DNA of 64,000 bases from Longimicrobiales bacterium (GTDB taxonomy: Bacteria > Gemmatimonadota > Gemmatimonadetes > Longimicrobiales > Gaopeijiaceae): the NCBI GenBank assembly GCA_965238005.1, contig OZ250165.1, positions 2,848,001-2,912,000 on the forward strand, in the 5' to 3' direction. Position numbers and translations under genes: made by a program. The notes beneath the pieces were generated by a model. The model was not told where the DNA came from, did no database searches, and was given only the letters and a program-made list of their open reading frames with translations. This document shows, in pieces, positions 41,666 to 50,869 of the stretch. Position 1 is the stretch's first letter; each line of letters opens with the position of its first letter.

Positions 41666-41740
41666 CACCTAATAGTTGTCCGTTTTTGTAGCACATCATT
41701 TGTCCGCTCCGGTTGGTTGGGTTGATCGGACTGCGCCGAT

Positions 41741-41771
41741 TTTTGACAATATACGGGATACAATATACGAT
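41741..41771 (+). promoter_or_regulatory. Sigma70 promoter with overlapping direct repeat
   Basis: TTGACA (41743)-17 bp-TACGAT (41766); ACAATATACG at 41746 and 41760. Confidence 0.75.
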
Positions 41772-41845
41772 CCTCCGAATTACGATCCCTCAAATTCGCT
41801 TTTCGCATGAGGGTCATTCTTAGCAATCCAACGGGAGGCAAATCG

Positions 41846-43420
41846 ATGAAACGAGTCGCGATCCTTGCGGTCGTGGCGCTAACGACAACGGGATTGGCGT
41901 GGGACGAAGAACTGAAAATTGGCATCGGAACGGAGCCCACGTCCATCGACCCGAACTTTTTCAATTTTCCGCAGAACCATGCGACCGCCGATCACTGGTC
42001 CGAGCCCCTGGTGATGTTAGACAACACCCAGCAGCCGACGCCAGCCCTTGCGGTCTCGTGGCGCACCCTGCCCGGCGACGACACGGTCTGGGAGTTCAAG
42101 CTGCGCGAGGGCGTTAAGTTTACGGACGGCACGCCGTTCACCGCCGATGATGTCCTTTTCACCCAGAAGTACGCGGTTTCTGTGAACGCCGCGGCGCCCC
42201 CCGGCGCCTATTGGAAAAACAAGACGATCACAAAGATCGACGACCACACCATCCACGTCACAACGGGAGCGCTGTCCCCGCTGATGGTGAGGGAGATGGC
42301 GATGGTCCACATCGTCTCCGAAAAGACCGGTGAGGGCAAAACGACCGCGGATTACAACACCGGCACGGCGACCATCGGCACCGGTCCCTATAAGTTCGTT
42401 GAATGGGTCCAGGGCGAGCGGATCGTATTCGAGGCCAATCCCGACTACTGGGGTGAGAAACCCGAGTGGAGCAAGGTGATATTCCGGCCGATCTCGTCCG
42501 ACGTGTCGCGGGTGGCGGCGCTGCTCTCGGGCTCGGTGGACATCATCGACTACGTGCCAACAGCCGACATTGCCCACCTGAGGAACAACCCCGAGGTGGC
42601 GCTCACTGAGGTCTCTTCCAACCGGGTGATTTTCTTTGTGCCGGACATTGGACGGGAGGTTACGCCCTTCGCCACGGCCAACGACGGCACCCCGATACCG
42701 AACCCCTTCCGCGACCTGCGGGTGCGCCAGGCGTTCTCGCTTGCCATCGACCGCACCGCAATCGCCGAGCGGGTGATGGAAGGAGCGGCCATTCCGGCGG
42801 GGCAAATGTCCCCGCCCTTCATCGTCGGGCACAATCCCAATCTCAAGCCCGACCCCATTGCTGTCGATGAAGCGAAGCGGCTGCTTAAGGAGGCGGGCTA
42901 TCCCGAAGGCTTCCGTCTCACGATCCATGGCCCTAACGACCGTTATGTCAACGACGAGAAGGTAGTGGCGACGGTGGCACAGATGTTGGCCAGGGTGGGC
43001 ATCAAAACCGAAGTCCAGACGCAGCCGAAGGCCACGTACTTCTCGCGGGCGAAAAGCGGTGGCCCCGACAAATCGCCGGAATTCTCCTACTTCATGATGG
43101 GTTCCGGCTCCGTCCTCGGTGATGGCGGCGAGCAGCTCTATGTCAGCCACTTCACTGTTGGAATCCGGCCTGACATGGGATGGCTCAACTATGGGCAGTA
43201 CTCCAATCCGGAGGTGGACTCACGCCTGATCGAAGCGGCCGAGACCACGGAGCCCAAGGAGCGGGAGCGGCTGATCCAAGAGGCCAACGAGATCATCATG
43301 ATGGACTACAGCATGATTCCGCTGCACTACCAGAAGAATGTCTGGGCACACCGTGCGGACCTGATCTACGCCGGCGACACCAACGAGAAGACCAAAGCCA
43401 TGTGGGTTTCGAAGAAGTAG
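41846..43420 (+). CDS. ABC substrate-binding protein, family 5
   Basis: Signal peptide, EPTSIDP, FKLREGVKFTDG, GTGPYKF, RVRQAFSLAIDR. Confidence 0.95.
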   Translation: MKRVAILAVVALTTTGLAWDEELKIGIGTEPTSIDPNFFNFPQNHATADHWSEPLVMLDNTQQPTPALAVSWRTLPGDDTVWEFKLREGVKFTDGTPFTADDVLFTQKYAVSVNAAAPPGAYWKNKTITKIDDHTIHVTTGALSPLMVREMAMVHIVSEKTGEGKTTADYNTGTATIGTGPYKFVEWVQGERIVFEANPDYWGEKPEWSKVIFRPISSDVSRVAALLSGSVDIIDYVPTADIAHLRNNPEVALTEVSSNRVIFFVPDIGREVTPFATANDGTPIPNPFRDLRVRQAFSLAIDRTAIAERVMEGAAIPAGQMSPPFIVGHNPNLKPDPIAVDEAKRLLKEAGYPEGFRLTIHGPNDRYVNDEKVVATVAQMLARVGIKTEVQTQPKATYFSRAKSGGPDKSPEFSYFMMGSGSVLGDGGEQLYVSHFTVGIRPDMGWLNYGQYSNPEVDSRLIEAAETTEPKERERLIQEANEIIMMDYSMIPLHYQKNVWAHRADLIYAGDTNEKTKAMWVSKK

Positions 43421-43586
43421 TCACGCATCAAGGTCTGTCTCTACCGCAGGACGCCGATCGTGTTATCCGACTGTCTCGCCGCCGGTCCACGCGACAGGCC
43501 GAGTCTACGCGTCCTTGTGCAAAGCAAGCAGCATCAGTCGAGTCGAGGGGGCGCGGCACAGCGCCCCTTCCTTCATCAGTCGGCGC

Positions 43587-43753
43587 GGCATTGTCAGACC
43601 AATGAGGGCTGCCCTGCGATCCCGGTGCTTGGTGGCGAAGACTTCGAGCACCTCGCCTTCATGATCCACCGCCCGCCAGAGGTAATGTGTCTCGCCATTG
43701 ATCTTCACGAACACGTCGTCCAGATGCCAGCGCCATTGGGGCCACAGCTTCAA
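43587..43753 (-). mobile_element. IS6-family remnant
   Basis: WRWHLDDVFVKINGETHYLWRAVDHEGEVL fused directly to an IS6-like end GGCATTGTCAGACC (43587). Confidence 0.85.
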
Positions 43754-43938
43754 CCGCGATCCTCACGCCATCCGCCGCGCGCTTAGAAGTGCCTACGATC
43801 CTTGAAAAACGCGTCGGGTGGGGGTACTGTCAACGGTAAATCGACTCGGGCGCGATCACCTGGCCGAGGCCCCCGTTGGGAGAGAGGTAAAAAGTAACAA
43901 GCCGCCTGAGCTATGACCTAAGTTCGCGGTGGCGTTTC

Positions 43939-44451
43939 GTGGCTCAACGCGTGCCAAGACATAATAAGCACGAGTGTGGATTCTCCCTCATCGAGTTGAT
44001 GATAGTAACCGTCATCGTCGCGATTGTCGCGGGGATCGCGGGCATCCAACTGCGGAGGGTGCAGGTCAAGGCACACCTCGCATCGGTTGTTGCGGATGGA
44101 AGGATCCTTTACCACGGGCTCGAAGAGTTCTACACGGTTAATTACGGGTACCCCAACTCGAGTTCGAATCCAGCGTTCAACTTGGTAACCTTCGAGCCGC
44201 TGCGATCCACGATCGGCTACCAGGGAAGCATCAACTCCCGGCTCCTGAACGGGCAGGCCGACGCCTACGACTCTCCCGACGATCAGGGCCCCAACAAGGA
44301 GTGGTGGTTGCAGATGACGCTGCTGATCGACCCGAGCTTTCAGGTGGTGATCGCGGTGTCGGACAACGTCGCACTCAACCCCGGGACCTGGATGGACGGT
44401 GTGTATACGTTCGAGAACGGGGTGCTGATCGCAGGACCCAGGGTACCGTGA
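43939..44451 (+). CDS. Prepilin-type (type IV pilin/pseudopilin) protein
   Basis: GFSLIELMIV class III signal and hydrophobic helix. Confidence 0.88.
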   Translation: MAQRVPRHNKHECGFSLIELMIVTVIVAIVAGIAGIQLRRVQVKAHLASVVADGRILYHGLEEFYTVNYGYPNSSSNPAFNLVTFEPLRSTIGYQGSINSRLLNGQADAYDSPDDQGPNKEWWLQMTLLIDPSFQVVIAVSDNVALNPGTWMDGVYTFENGVLIAGPRVP

Positions 44452-44688
44452 GGCCCGGATCGACGTACCCTGCTCGCGTCCTCGTGGCTTAGAGGGCCGC
44501 AATGGCTCGTCCTTGCACGGGCCTACGCGAGCCTAAACCTTGGCCTGGGCACGGCGCCACGTTCTCGGCGGATAATTTTCTACCAACTCATCTCCGCCAT
44601 GCGGTGATGGGTCACCAGACCGGCACGGGTGAGTGCTCGTTGAGCGCCCAGATTTTGTCGTCCGGTTGAGCTAAAACCGGCCCCAAGA

Positions 44689-47600
44689 TCAGCGCCGCCG
44701 TGGCGCGGGCGGTACGATGGGTGGCACGCGGCCTGGCCAGAGGTTCCGGTCCATGAGCTCGGAATAGAGGGACGGTAGCTCAGTCTCCAGAAGCCGGTTC
44801 AACTCCTGGACGGTCTCTGTCGCGTCCTCGAACAGCCAATCGATCTGCCGGAGCTGATCGGGCCGCGGTGGGCCGGATGGCCAACGTTCGAGGTAGCCTT
44901 TGAGCCCCTGCCAGCCCGTGACGGCACTCATCACTTGCCGAACATCCCCCTGGAGGTCCGAGAGCCTTTCGGCCAACTCCTCTACGCGGCTCTGGATCTC
45001 TTCGCTGGCGGCCTCGCCTCCACGGCCAGCCTCGTCGGCAAGTTGCTTCTTGAGCCCCTCGATCTGGTCGGAGAGGGGGTTCACTACCTTCTGGGCGGCA
45101 TCCAGGGTCTTCAGGATCTCATGAAGGTCCAGCTGGGCAGCCTGGCGTGCCTGCCGATCCGCGTCCGAAACGTGGATCGAGGGATCTGCTTCCACCGTTA
45201 TCTGGCCCGTGAGCCGGGCTAGGCCGGCAGCACTCTCATCCCTGTTCACCGCTGCGCCTCGCGGGACATTGACTGCCACCCGGTAGCTTCCAGGCAGGAC
45301 GTTGGGACCTCGGGGCCCGGGATCACCGGCGTAAAGAAACGCTCCAGGCTCGTAGGCTGGCTCCATGCGGAGGTCCCAGAACACCCGATTCAGCCCCCGC
45401 TCGCCCGGCCCCTCCAGGGTGCGGATCACCTTCCCCCCGGCGTCGCTGATGACAACCTCCACGTCACCTTGGGATGACTCACCGAGGTAGTAGGTGATGC
45501 CAGCTCCGTACTCCGGGTTGGGCGCCAGGAACTGGCCGTTGCCGAACCAAACCTCGGGGTCGTAGGTGTGGAGGAGCCGGGCCGTCGGGACGGGCAGGAG
45601 GTGCTCCCGGGCCGCCAACACCTCAGACGTCAGGGCCTCCAGGGGTCCGATATCGTCCAGGATCCAGATACCCCGCCCATGGGTCCCCACGATCAGGTCG
45701 TTGTCCCGAGGGTGGATGATCAGATCATCCACAGGGACCGAAGGCATGTTGCCGTTCAGAGAGGCCCACGTGGCTCCCCCGTCAATGGACACATGCACCC
45801 CCTTCTCGTGCCCCACGAAGAGGAGCCGGGGGTTCCTCGGATGCTCCTGAATGATGTTGACCGACGTCTCCTCCGGCAGACCCCGGGCCAGCGCCCGCCA
45901 CCTCTGGCCGTAGTCCTCGCTCACGTAGACGTAGGGCCGGTAGTCGTCGTTGTAGTGCCCGTCGAAGGTGGCGTACACCCGGCCTTGGGCATGGTGGGAG
46001 GCCACCACCCTGCTCACAAAGGTTGTGGGGGGGAGGTCGGGGATCCGATCGGTGACGTTCGTCCAGTCGGCCCCGCCGTCCCGGGTGACGTGCACCTGCC
46101 CGTCGTCGCTCCCCGCGTAAAGAACATCCGGATTCAGGGGCGACTCGCCGATCGTCGTGAGGGCGGGGTAGGACGCGCTCCCGGTGACCCTGCGGCCCAT
46201 CATCTCCAGCGTATCCCGGTCCACCCCCATGGTCAGGTCCGCACTGATCACCTCCCAGTGCCGCCCCCGATCGCTTGACCGGAAGACCACCTGCGCTCCG
46301 AAGTAGATGGTCGCCGGATCGTGGCTCGACATGACCACCGGCGAGTTCCAGCCCCAGCGGTGGTTTTCCGCCGGAGCCGGGTTGATCGCCTGGCGCTCCC
46401 CGGTGGTGAGATGTAAGCGGTTGAGCCGCCCACCCTGGGACTCACTGAAAACAATGGTGTGGTCGTTGGGGTCGATCAGTGTGTAGAAGCCGTCACCCGG
46501 CCCGACCTTGGAGACATCGTGATTGGAGATGCCATCTTCGCTGCGGGTGGCGCTGGGCAGGCACCAGGAGCCGTAGTCCTGGCTGCCTCCGCAGACCCGG
46601 TACGGATCCCGCATGTCCACACCGATCGCGTAGAACTGGCCGATGGCCAGGTTGTCCTTGAACAACCAGCTCTCGCCCCGGTCCCAGGAGATCGATACCC
46701 CAGCGTCGCCGACGAGAATCATATGGTTGGAGTCGTCTGGATCGATCCAGAGGTCGTGGTGGTCAGGGTGGACTCCCATCGCCTCCGGGGCATCGTCGCG
46801 GAAGGTCTTGCCACCATCGTCCGAGACGTGAACTCGGGTGCCGAGCAGGTAGACACGGTCAGGGTCGTTGGGGTCGACGCGGATCTGGCTGTAGTACGAG
46901 GGTCTGGGGTTGAGCGTGTTGACGTGTTCCCAGCTGTCGCCCCGGTCGGTGCTCCGGAAGATGCCCCCCGTCTGCGCAACGCTTTGAGAGGGTCCAGAGA
47001 AGACGGCGAAGCCCCGCTGGGGGCCCGCCTCTACCACTGCGTAGATGATCCGCCCGTCTCGCCGGAAGATGTCCAGGCCGATCCGCCCCTTGTCCCCCTC
47101 CGGGAGTCCTCCCGTCAGCTCGGTCCAGCTCTCTCCCCCGTCGTGCGTCCGGTAGAGGCCGCTCCCGGGGCCACTACCGCTGAACCCCCACGCCCGCCGC
47201 CGCCGCTGGTACATGGCCGCGAAGACCGTCTCCGGGTCGTGGGGATCCATGGCCAGGTCGATCGCCCCGGTGTGCTCATCCACGTAGAGCACCCTCTCCC
47301 ACGTCTCCCCCCCATCGTTGCTCTTGAAGACTCCCCGCTCCGGGTTCGAACCCCATAGATGCCCCACCCCCGCCACGTACACGACATCCGGGTTCGTCGG
47401 ATGGATCACGATCCGGCCTACGTGCCGCGTCTCCTTCAGCCCCATGTGGCTCCAGCTCCGGCCGCCGTCCACCGACTTGTAGACGCCCTCGCCCCAAGAG
47501 GAGCTCTGCCGGTTGTTCGCCTCGCCCGTGCCTACCCACACCAGGTTCGGGTTCGAGGGGGCCACCGCCACATGGCCGATCCCGATCATCCCCTCCACGG

Positions 47601-47889
47601 AATCGAAGACCGGATCCCAGGTGGTGCCCTGGTTCGTGGATTTGAAGAGCCCTCCGATAGCAGTGCCCAGGTAGATGACGTCCGGGGCACCCGGCACCTT
47701 GGCGACTTCAATATCAGCGATTCGCCCCCCCATGGTTGCCGGACCCACGCTGCGCCACTTCAGGCCCGACAGGGCACCGCCAGCCGCCGCATCGTCCATG
47801 CTCTGTCCAGCCACTTCGGCGAGGTCTGGACCGCTGGGTATCCCAACGAGAAGCAGAATAAGGGTGAGGCAAGAACTCCCGGTACGCAT
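44689..47889 (-). CDS. Secreted BNR/Asp-box (VPS10-like) beta-propeller glycosyl-hydrolase-like protein
   Basis: WRSVGPATMGGRI, many SxDGGxTW boxes, GTHGRGIWILDD, C-terminal coiled coil. Confidence 0.92.
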   Translation of the reverse strand: MRTGSSCLTLILLLVGIPSGPDLAEVAGQSMDDAAAGGALSGLKWRSVGPATMGGRIADIEVAKVPGAPDVIYLGTAIGGLFKSTNQGTTWDPVFDSVEGMIGIGHVAVAPSNPNLVWVGTGEANNRQSSSWGEGVYKSVDGGRSWSHMGLKETRHVGRIVIHPTNPDVVYVAGVGHLWGSNPERGVFKSNDGGETWERVLYVDEHTGAIDLAMDPHDPETVFAAMYQRRRRAWGFSGSGPGSGLYRTHDGGESWTELTGGLPEGDKGRIGLDIFRRDGRIIYAVVEAGPQRGFAVFSGPSQSVAQTGGIFRSTDRGDSWEHVNTLNPRPSYYSQIRVDPNDPDRVYLLGTRVHVSDDGGKTFRDDAPEAMGVHPDHHDLWIDPDDSNHMILVGDAGVSISWDRGESWLFKDNLAIGQFYAIGVDMRDPYRVCGGSQDYGSWCLPSATRSEDGISNHDVSKVGPGDGFYTLIDPNDHTIVFSESQGGRLNRLHLTTGERQAINPAPAENHRWGWNSPVVMSSHDPATIYFGAQVVFRSSDRGRHWEVISADLTMGVDRDTLEMMGRRVTGSASYPALTTIGESPLNPDVLYAGSDDGQVHVTRDGGADWTNVTDRIPDLPPTTFVSRVVASHHAQGRVYATFDGHYNDDYRPYVYVSEDYGQRWRALARGLPEETSVNIIQEHPRNPRLLFVGHEKGVHVSIDGGATWASLNGNMPSVPVDDLIIHPRDNDLIVGTHGRGIWILDDIGPLEALTSEVLAAREHLLPVPTARLLHTYDPEVWFGNGQFLAPNPEYGAGITYYLGESSQGDVEVVISDAGGKVIRTLEGPGERGLNRVFWDLRMEPAYEPGAFLYAGDPGPRGPNVLPGSYRVAVNVPRGAAVNRDESAAGLARLTGQITVEADPSIHVSDADRQARQAAQLDLHEILKTLDAAQKVVNPLSDQIEGLKKQLADEAGRGGEAASEEIQSRVEELAERLSDLQGDVRQVMSAVTGWQGLKGYLERWPSGPPRPDQLRQIDWLFEDATETVQELNRLLETELPSLYSELMDRNLWPGRVPPIVPPAPRRR

Positions 47890-48334
47890 GAGTACTCCTC
47901 CCTGCTTTCCTACCTTAACAACAACGCCCCCACTATCCGCCCTTCACTTCCCTGTGGCCACGCTCCGCGGATGCTCCATCAGCCAGTGCACCAACCAGGT
48001 CCGAAGCCGCTCCAGACGATCGACCAGAAGCCACGACTCACCGGCACGCGCTCCAGTCCGGGCGGCAATATACGTTCTCCGTCCGCGTGCTGGTAGGCGT
48101 TCCTCAAGGATTTCTGCGTGGGACGCCAACGATCAGTCTTGCGTGAAGGCCGCGCACATCGTACATAGGCCAACCCCCCCCCCCCGGGGAATACGACTTA
48201 AACCGAGGGGCCTCTATGTCGCGCAGATGCCCATTCCTCGTGGGGTTGGCTCCACGACGCTGCGGTCGTGTCGATCTCTGCTCTCGGCCTCCAATGCGTT
48301 CTTCACCCGCGGTGACCGCGACCGGGAAGGGTCT

Positions 48335-49402
48335 ATGAAACGCTCCATCGACTTTGTGTGGCTCGGCGCCGCCTTGTTGGTCGGCTCCGCAGCGCAGGCC
48401 CAGCAAAACCCAGTGCAGCCCCCAAGTCCCCTGCTCAGCTCTCACGACGTGTTCGAGTTCACGATCGAGGCGCCGTTCAAGAAAGTGTTCAGGGAACGGA
48501 GTCAGGAGTCGGAGCAGTTCCCTGCGGTTCTGACCTATCAGGACGGTAGTGAGCAGGTATCCCTCAATCTCAAAGTCAACACCCGGGGGCGGTTCAGGCT
48601 CCTGAAACGGACCTGCAACTTTCCACCCATCCAGCTGGATCTCCAGAAGGATTCGGTTGCCGGGACGATCTTTGCGGGGCAGAACAAGCTCAAAGTCGTG
48701 ACTCACTGCCAGAGCGGCCGGGATCAGTACGAGCAATACGTCCTTCAAGAATACCTTGTCTATCGCGCTTTCAACCTCTTCAGCGATATGAGCTTCCGTG
48801 TGCGGCTTGCGCACATCACGTACATCGACAACGAAGAGGACAAGGACCCGCTGACGAAATACGCGTTCCTCATCGAGCACAAAGACAATCTGGCCGCCCG
48901 GACCGGCTGGCAGATCTTGGGTGTTCCTCAAGTGCAGCCCAAATATTTCGATCAGGACAATCTCAACCTAGTGGCGGTCTTTCAATTCTTGATCGGCAAC
49001 ACCGACGTTTCCCTGTTCCAGGCGGCAGCGGGAGAGACCGAGTGTTGCCACAACGCCAAGGCCCTCGGCTCGATGGCGGGCCCCGTGTTCTCGGTTCCAT
49101 ATGATTTCGACATGTCGGGCATCATCAACACCCGCTATTCCGCGGTAGATGAACAGTTGGGAATTCGGAATGTAAAGCAGCGCTTGTTTCGCGGTCGCTG
49201 CGTACCGCCGGACCAGATGGCACGCACGCTACAGGTGTTCAAGGAACGGAAAGATGCGGTGTACGCACTCTACATGGAGCAACCACAGCTCGACGAGAAG
49301 GTGCGGGAAAAGACAATTGACTACCTCGACGATTTCTACGAGATCATCAACGATGACAGGAAGGTTCAGCGAGAAATTGTCGGGGACTGTCGTTCCATCT
49401 AG
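48335..49402 (+). CDS. Secreted hypothetical protein with CotH-like kinase motifs
   Basis: Signal peptide from MKRSIDF; RG..R..C.FPP, KLKVVTHC, EYLVY, FLIE, IGNTD, HN, PYDFD. Confidence 0.75.
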   Translation: MKRSIDFVWLGAALLVGSAAQAQQNPVQPPSPLLSSHDVFEFTIEAPFKKVFRERSQESEQFPAVLTYQDGSEQVSLNLKVNTRGRFRLLKRTCNFPPIQLDLQKDSVAGTIFAGQNKLKVVTHCQSGRDQYEQYVLQEYLVYRAFNLFSDMSFRVRLAHITYIDNEEDKDPLTKYAFLIEHKDNLAARTGWQILGVPQVQPKYFDQDNLNLVAVFQFLIGNTDVSLFQAAAGETECCHNAKALGSMAGPVFSVPYDFDMSGIINTRYSAVDEQLGIRNVKQRLFRGRCVPPDQMARTLQVFKERKDAVYALYMEQPQLDEKVREKTIDYLDDFYEIINDDRKVQREIVGDCRSI

Positions 49403-49522
49403 CTCATATGCAAGGAGTAGGTCTTCCCAGTTCCTCTTCGGATGCGTATACGTATCTTTATATCGTGAGTATACGTACGGGCCCGAATACCGATCGCCGA
49501 AGTACTTGGACAGGTCCCTGAA

Positions 49523-49948
49523 CTAGCCGCTTGCCCGGGCCAAACTCTTCAGGACCTCGTCGAAGAGGAAGAGGTCAGTCAGGAGCGCGCGGAAGTGAAC
49601 CGATGCGTTCAGATTGTCGACGAGCTGCGAGCTGATGGCGGACTGCGCCATCACGAGTCGAACGGCCGACCGGGTATCTCCCGCGTCCCGCTCGACGACC
49701 TTCCCCATGTCTCGATAGGCATCCGCGGGCTCCAGCCCGGCCACGACGTCACCCATCCCCTCCATGAGGGCGCCGAGGGCCTCGTCGGTGCGGTTAAAGT
49801 ACTCGCGCAGCTCACCCCCGGAAGCGCTGCCGCCGTCGCCCGACAACCCCTGAGCCGCGTACGCGAGGAAGAACTCGTAGCTCTCCTCGATCGTGTCGAT
49901 GTGCTTTCTGAGCTCGTCGGCCGTCACGTCAGGAGGACGCTCCCGCAT
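49523..49948 (-). CDS. Small alpha-helical hypothetical protein, last gene of the molybdoenzyme operon
   Basis: Overlaps upstream gene; IEESYEFFLAYAAQG..DNLNASVHFRALLTDLFL. Confidence 0.75.
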   Translation of the reverse strand: MRERPPDVTADELRKHIDTIEESYEFFLAYAAQGLSGDGGSASGGELREYFNRTDEALGALMEGMGDVVAGLEPADAYRDMGKVVERDAGDTRSAVRLVMAQSAISSQLVDNLNASVHFRALLTDLFLFDEVLKSLARASG

Positions 49949-50867
49949 CGAACGTCATGCTCTCGTCAACCGCCGCCGTCTCGCCCGCCGCCGTCTCGGA
50001 CGCCGCCACCTCGCCCACCGACCCATGGGCAGCCACCGCCGACACTAGCTCCGGCTCTTCGGCCCCCGCGATGACCCACCGCTCGGGATCGTGGTGCCCC
50101 AAGTACTCGCTCCGAGAAATCCATCCGAAGATCATGGATTTCGTGATCCACCACTTGTCCGGCCTTATCGCGAAGTAGATGTGCGTGATGGTCAGGCCGA
50201 TCAGCACGACTCCTCCGAGGCCATGCAGCACGTAGACCACACCCCATGAGCTGTCGGCGAGCATGTACGGGTTCGCCGTCCAGAAGGGTGTCTCCAGTCG
50301 CAGCATCATCAGCACCCCGGTGGCTATGGCCACCAGGCCCGCCACCGCCGCAGCGTGGTGGAAGAGCTTGTGGTCGATGGGGTACTTGCCTGTCTTGGGC
50401 GCCTCCTCCCCACCGCGCCCCAGCATGTGGTTGACCTCCGCTATCCCCGCCTTGATGTCCGCCTTGTCGATCCACATCGCCCACAGGTCCTGCCAGAAGG
50501 TGGCGCGGATGATGTGATAGACGATCATGGCGGTGAGAATCACGCCTGCCACCCAGTGGATCGTCACCCAGACGAACTGGATGCCGAGGACCGGGAAGAA
50601 GGCAGTCACCAGAAGCACGAGCATCACCAGCGCCATGAGCCAGTGGAAGACCCGCTCCGTCATGGCATGCCGGAGGATCCGGCTGGGAAGGCCCGAGCTC
50701 GCGTCATCCGACGGCACCGCGCCCGCCGGCGCCAGGAAGCGCGCCCATACGGCGTGCAGCACCACGAAGCCGGCTCCGGCGATTATGGCAGCCCACATGA
50801 GGTCCCACGACACTCCGATCAGGACCTCCTGGTTCCACGGATTGACCGCTCGCCGCCACAGTTCCAT
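49929..50867 (-). CDS. Di-heme cytochrome b (FdnI / formate dehydrogenase gamma-like)
   Basis: RH..ERVFHW, IHW, GKY..HKL, LHG, THIYFA, SMIFGWI; several TM helices. Confidence 0.88.
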   Translation of the reverse strand: MELWRRAVNPWNQEVLIGVSWDLMWAAIIAGAGFVVLHAVWARFLAPAGAVPSDDASSGLPSRILRHAMTERVFHWLMALVMLVLLVTAFFPVLGIQFVWVTIHWVAGVILTAMIVYHIIRATFWQDLWAMWIDKADIKAGIAEVNHMLGRGGEEAPKTGKYPIDHKLFHHAAAVAGLVAIATGVLMMLRLETPFWTANPYMLADSSWGVVYVLHGLGGVVLIGLTITHIYFAIRPDKWWITKSMIFGWISRSEYLGHHDPERWVIAGAEEPELVSAVAAHGSVGEVAASETAAGETAAVDESMTFDAGASS

Positions 50868-50869
50868 GG

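Noticed and set aside
1862..44498. The 23-bp repeat pair as attL/attR of one island
   Set aside because: The interval contains housekeeping genes (hemBE, lysAC) and no integrase.
47675..48334. Long N-terminal extension of ORF 47675..49402
   Set aside because: Overlaps the opposite-strand gene; RBS and signal peptide point to ATG 48335.
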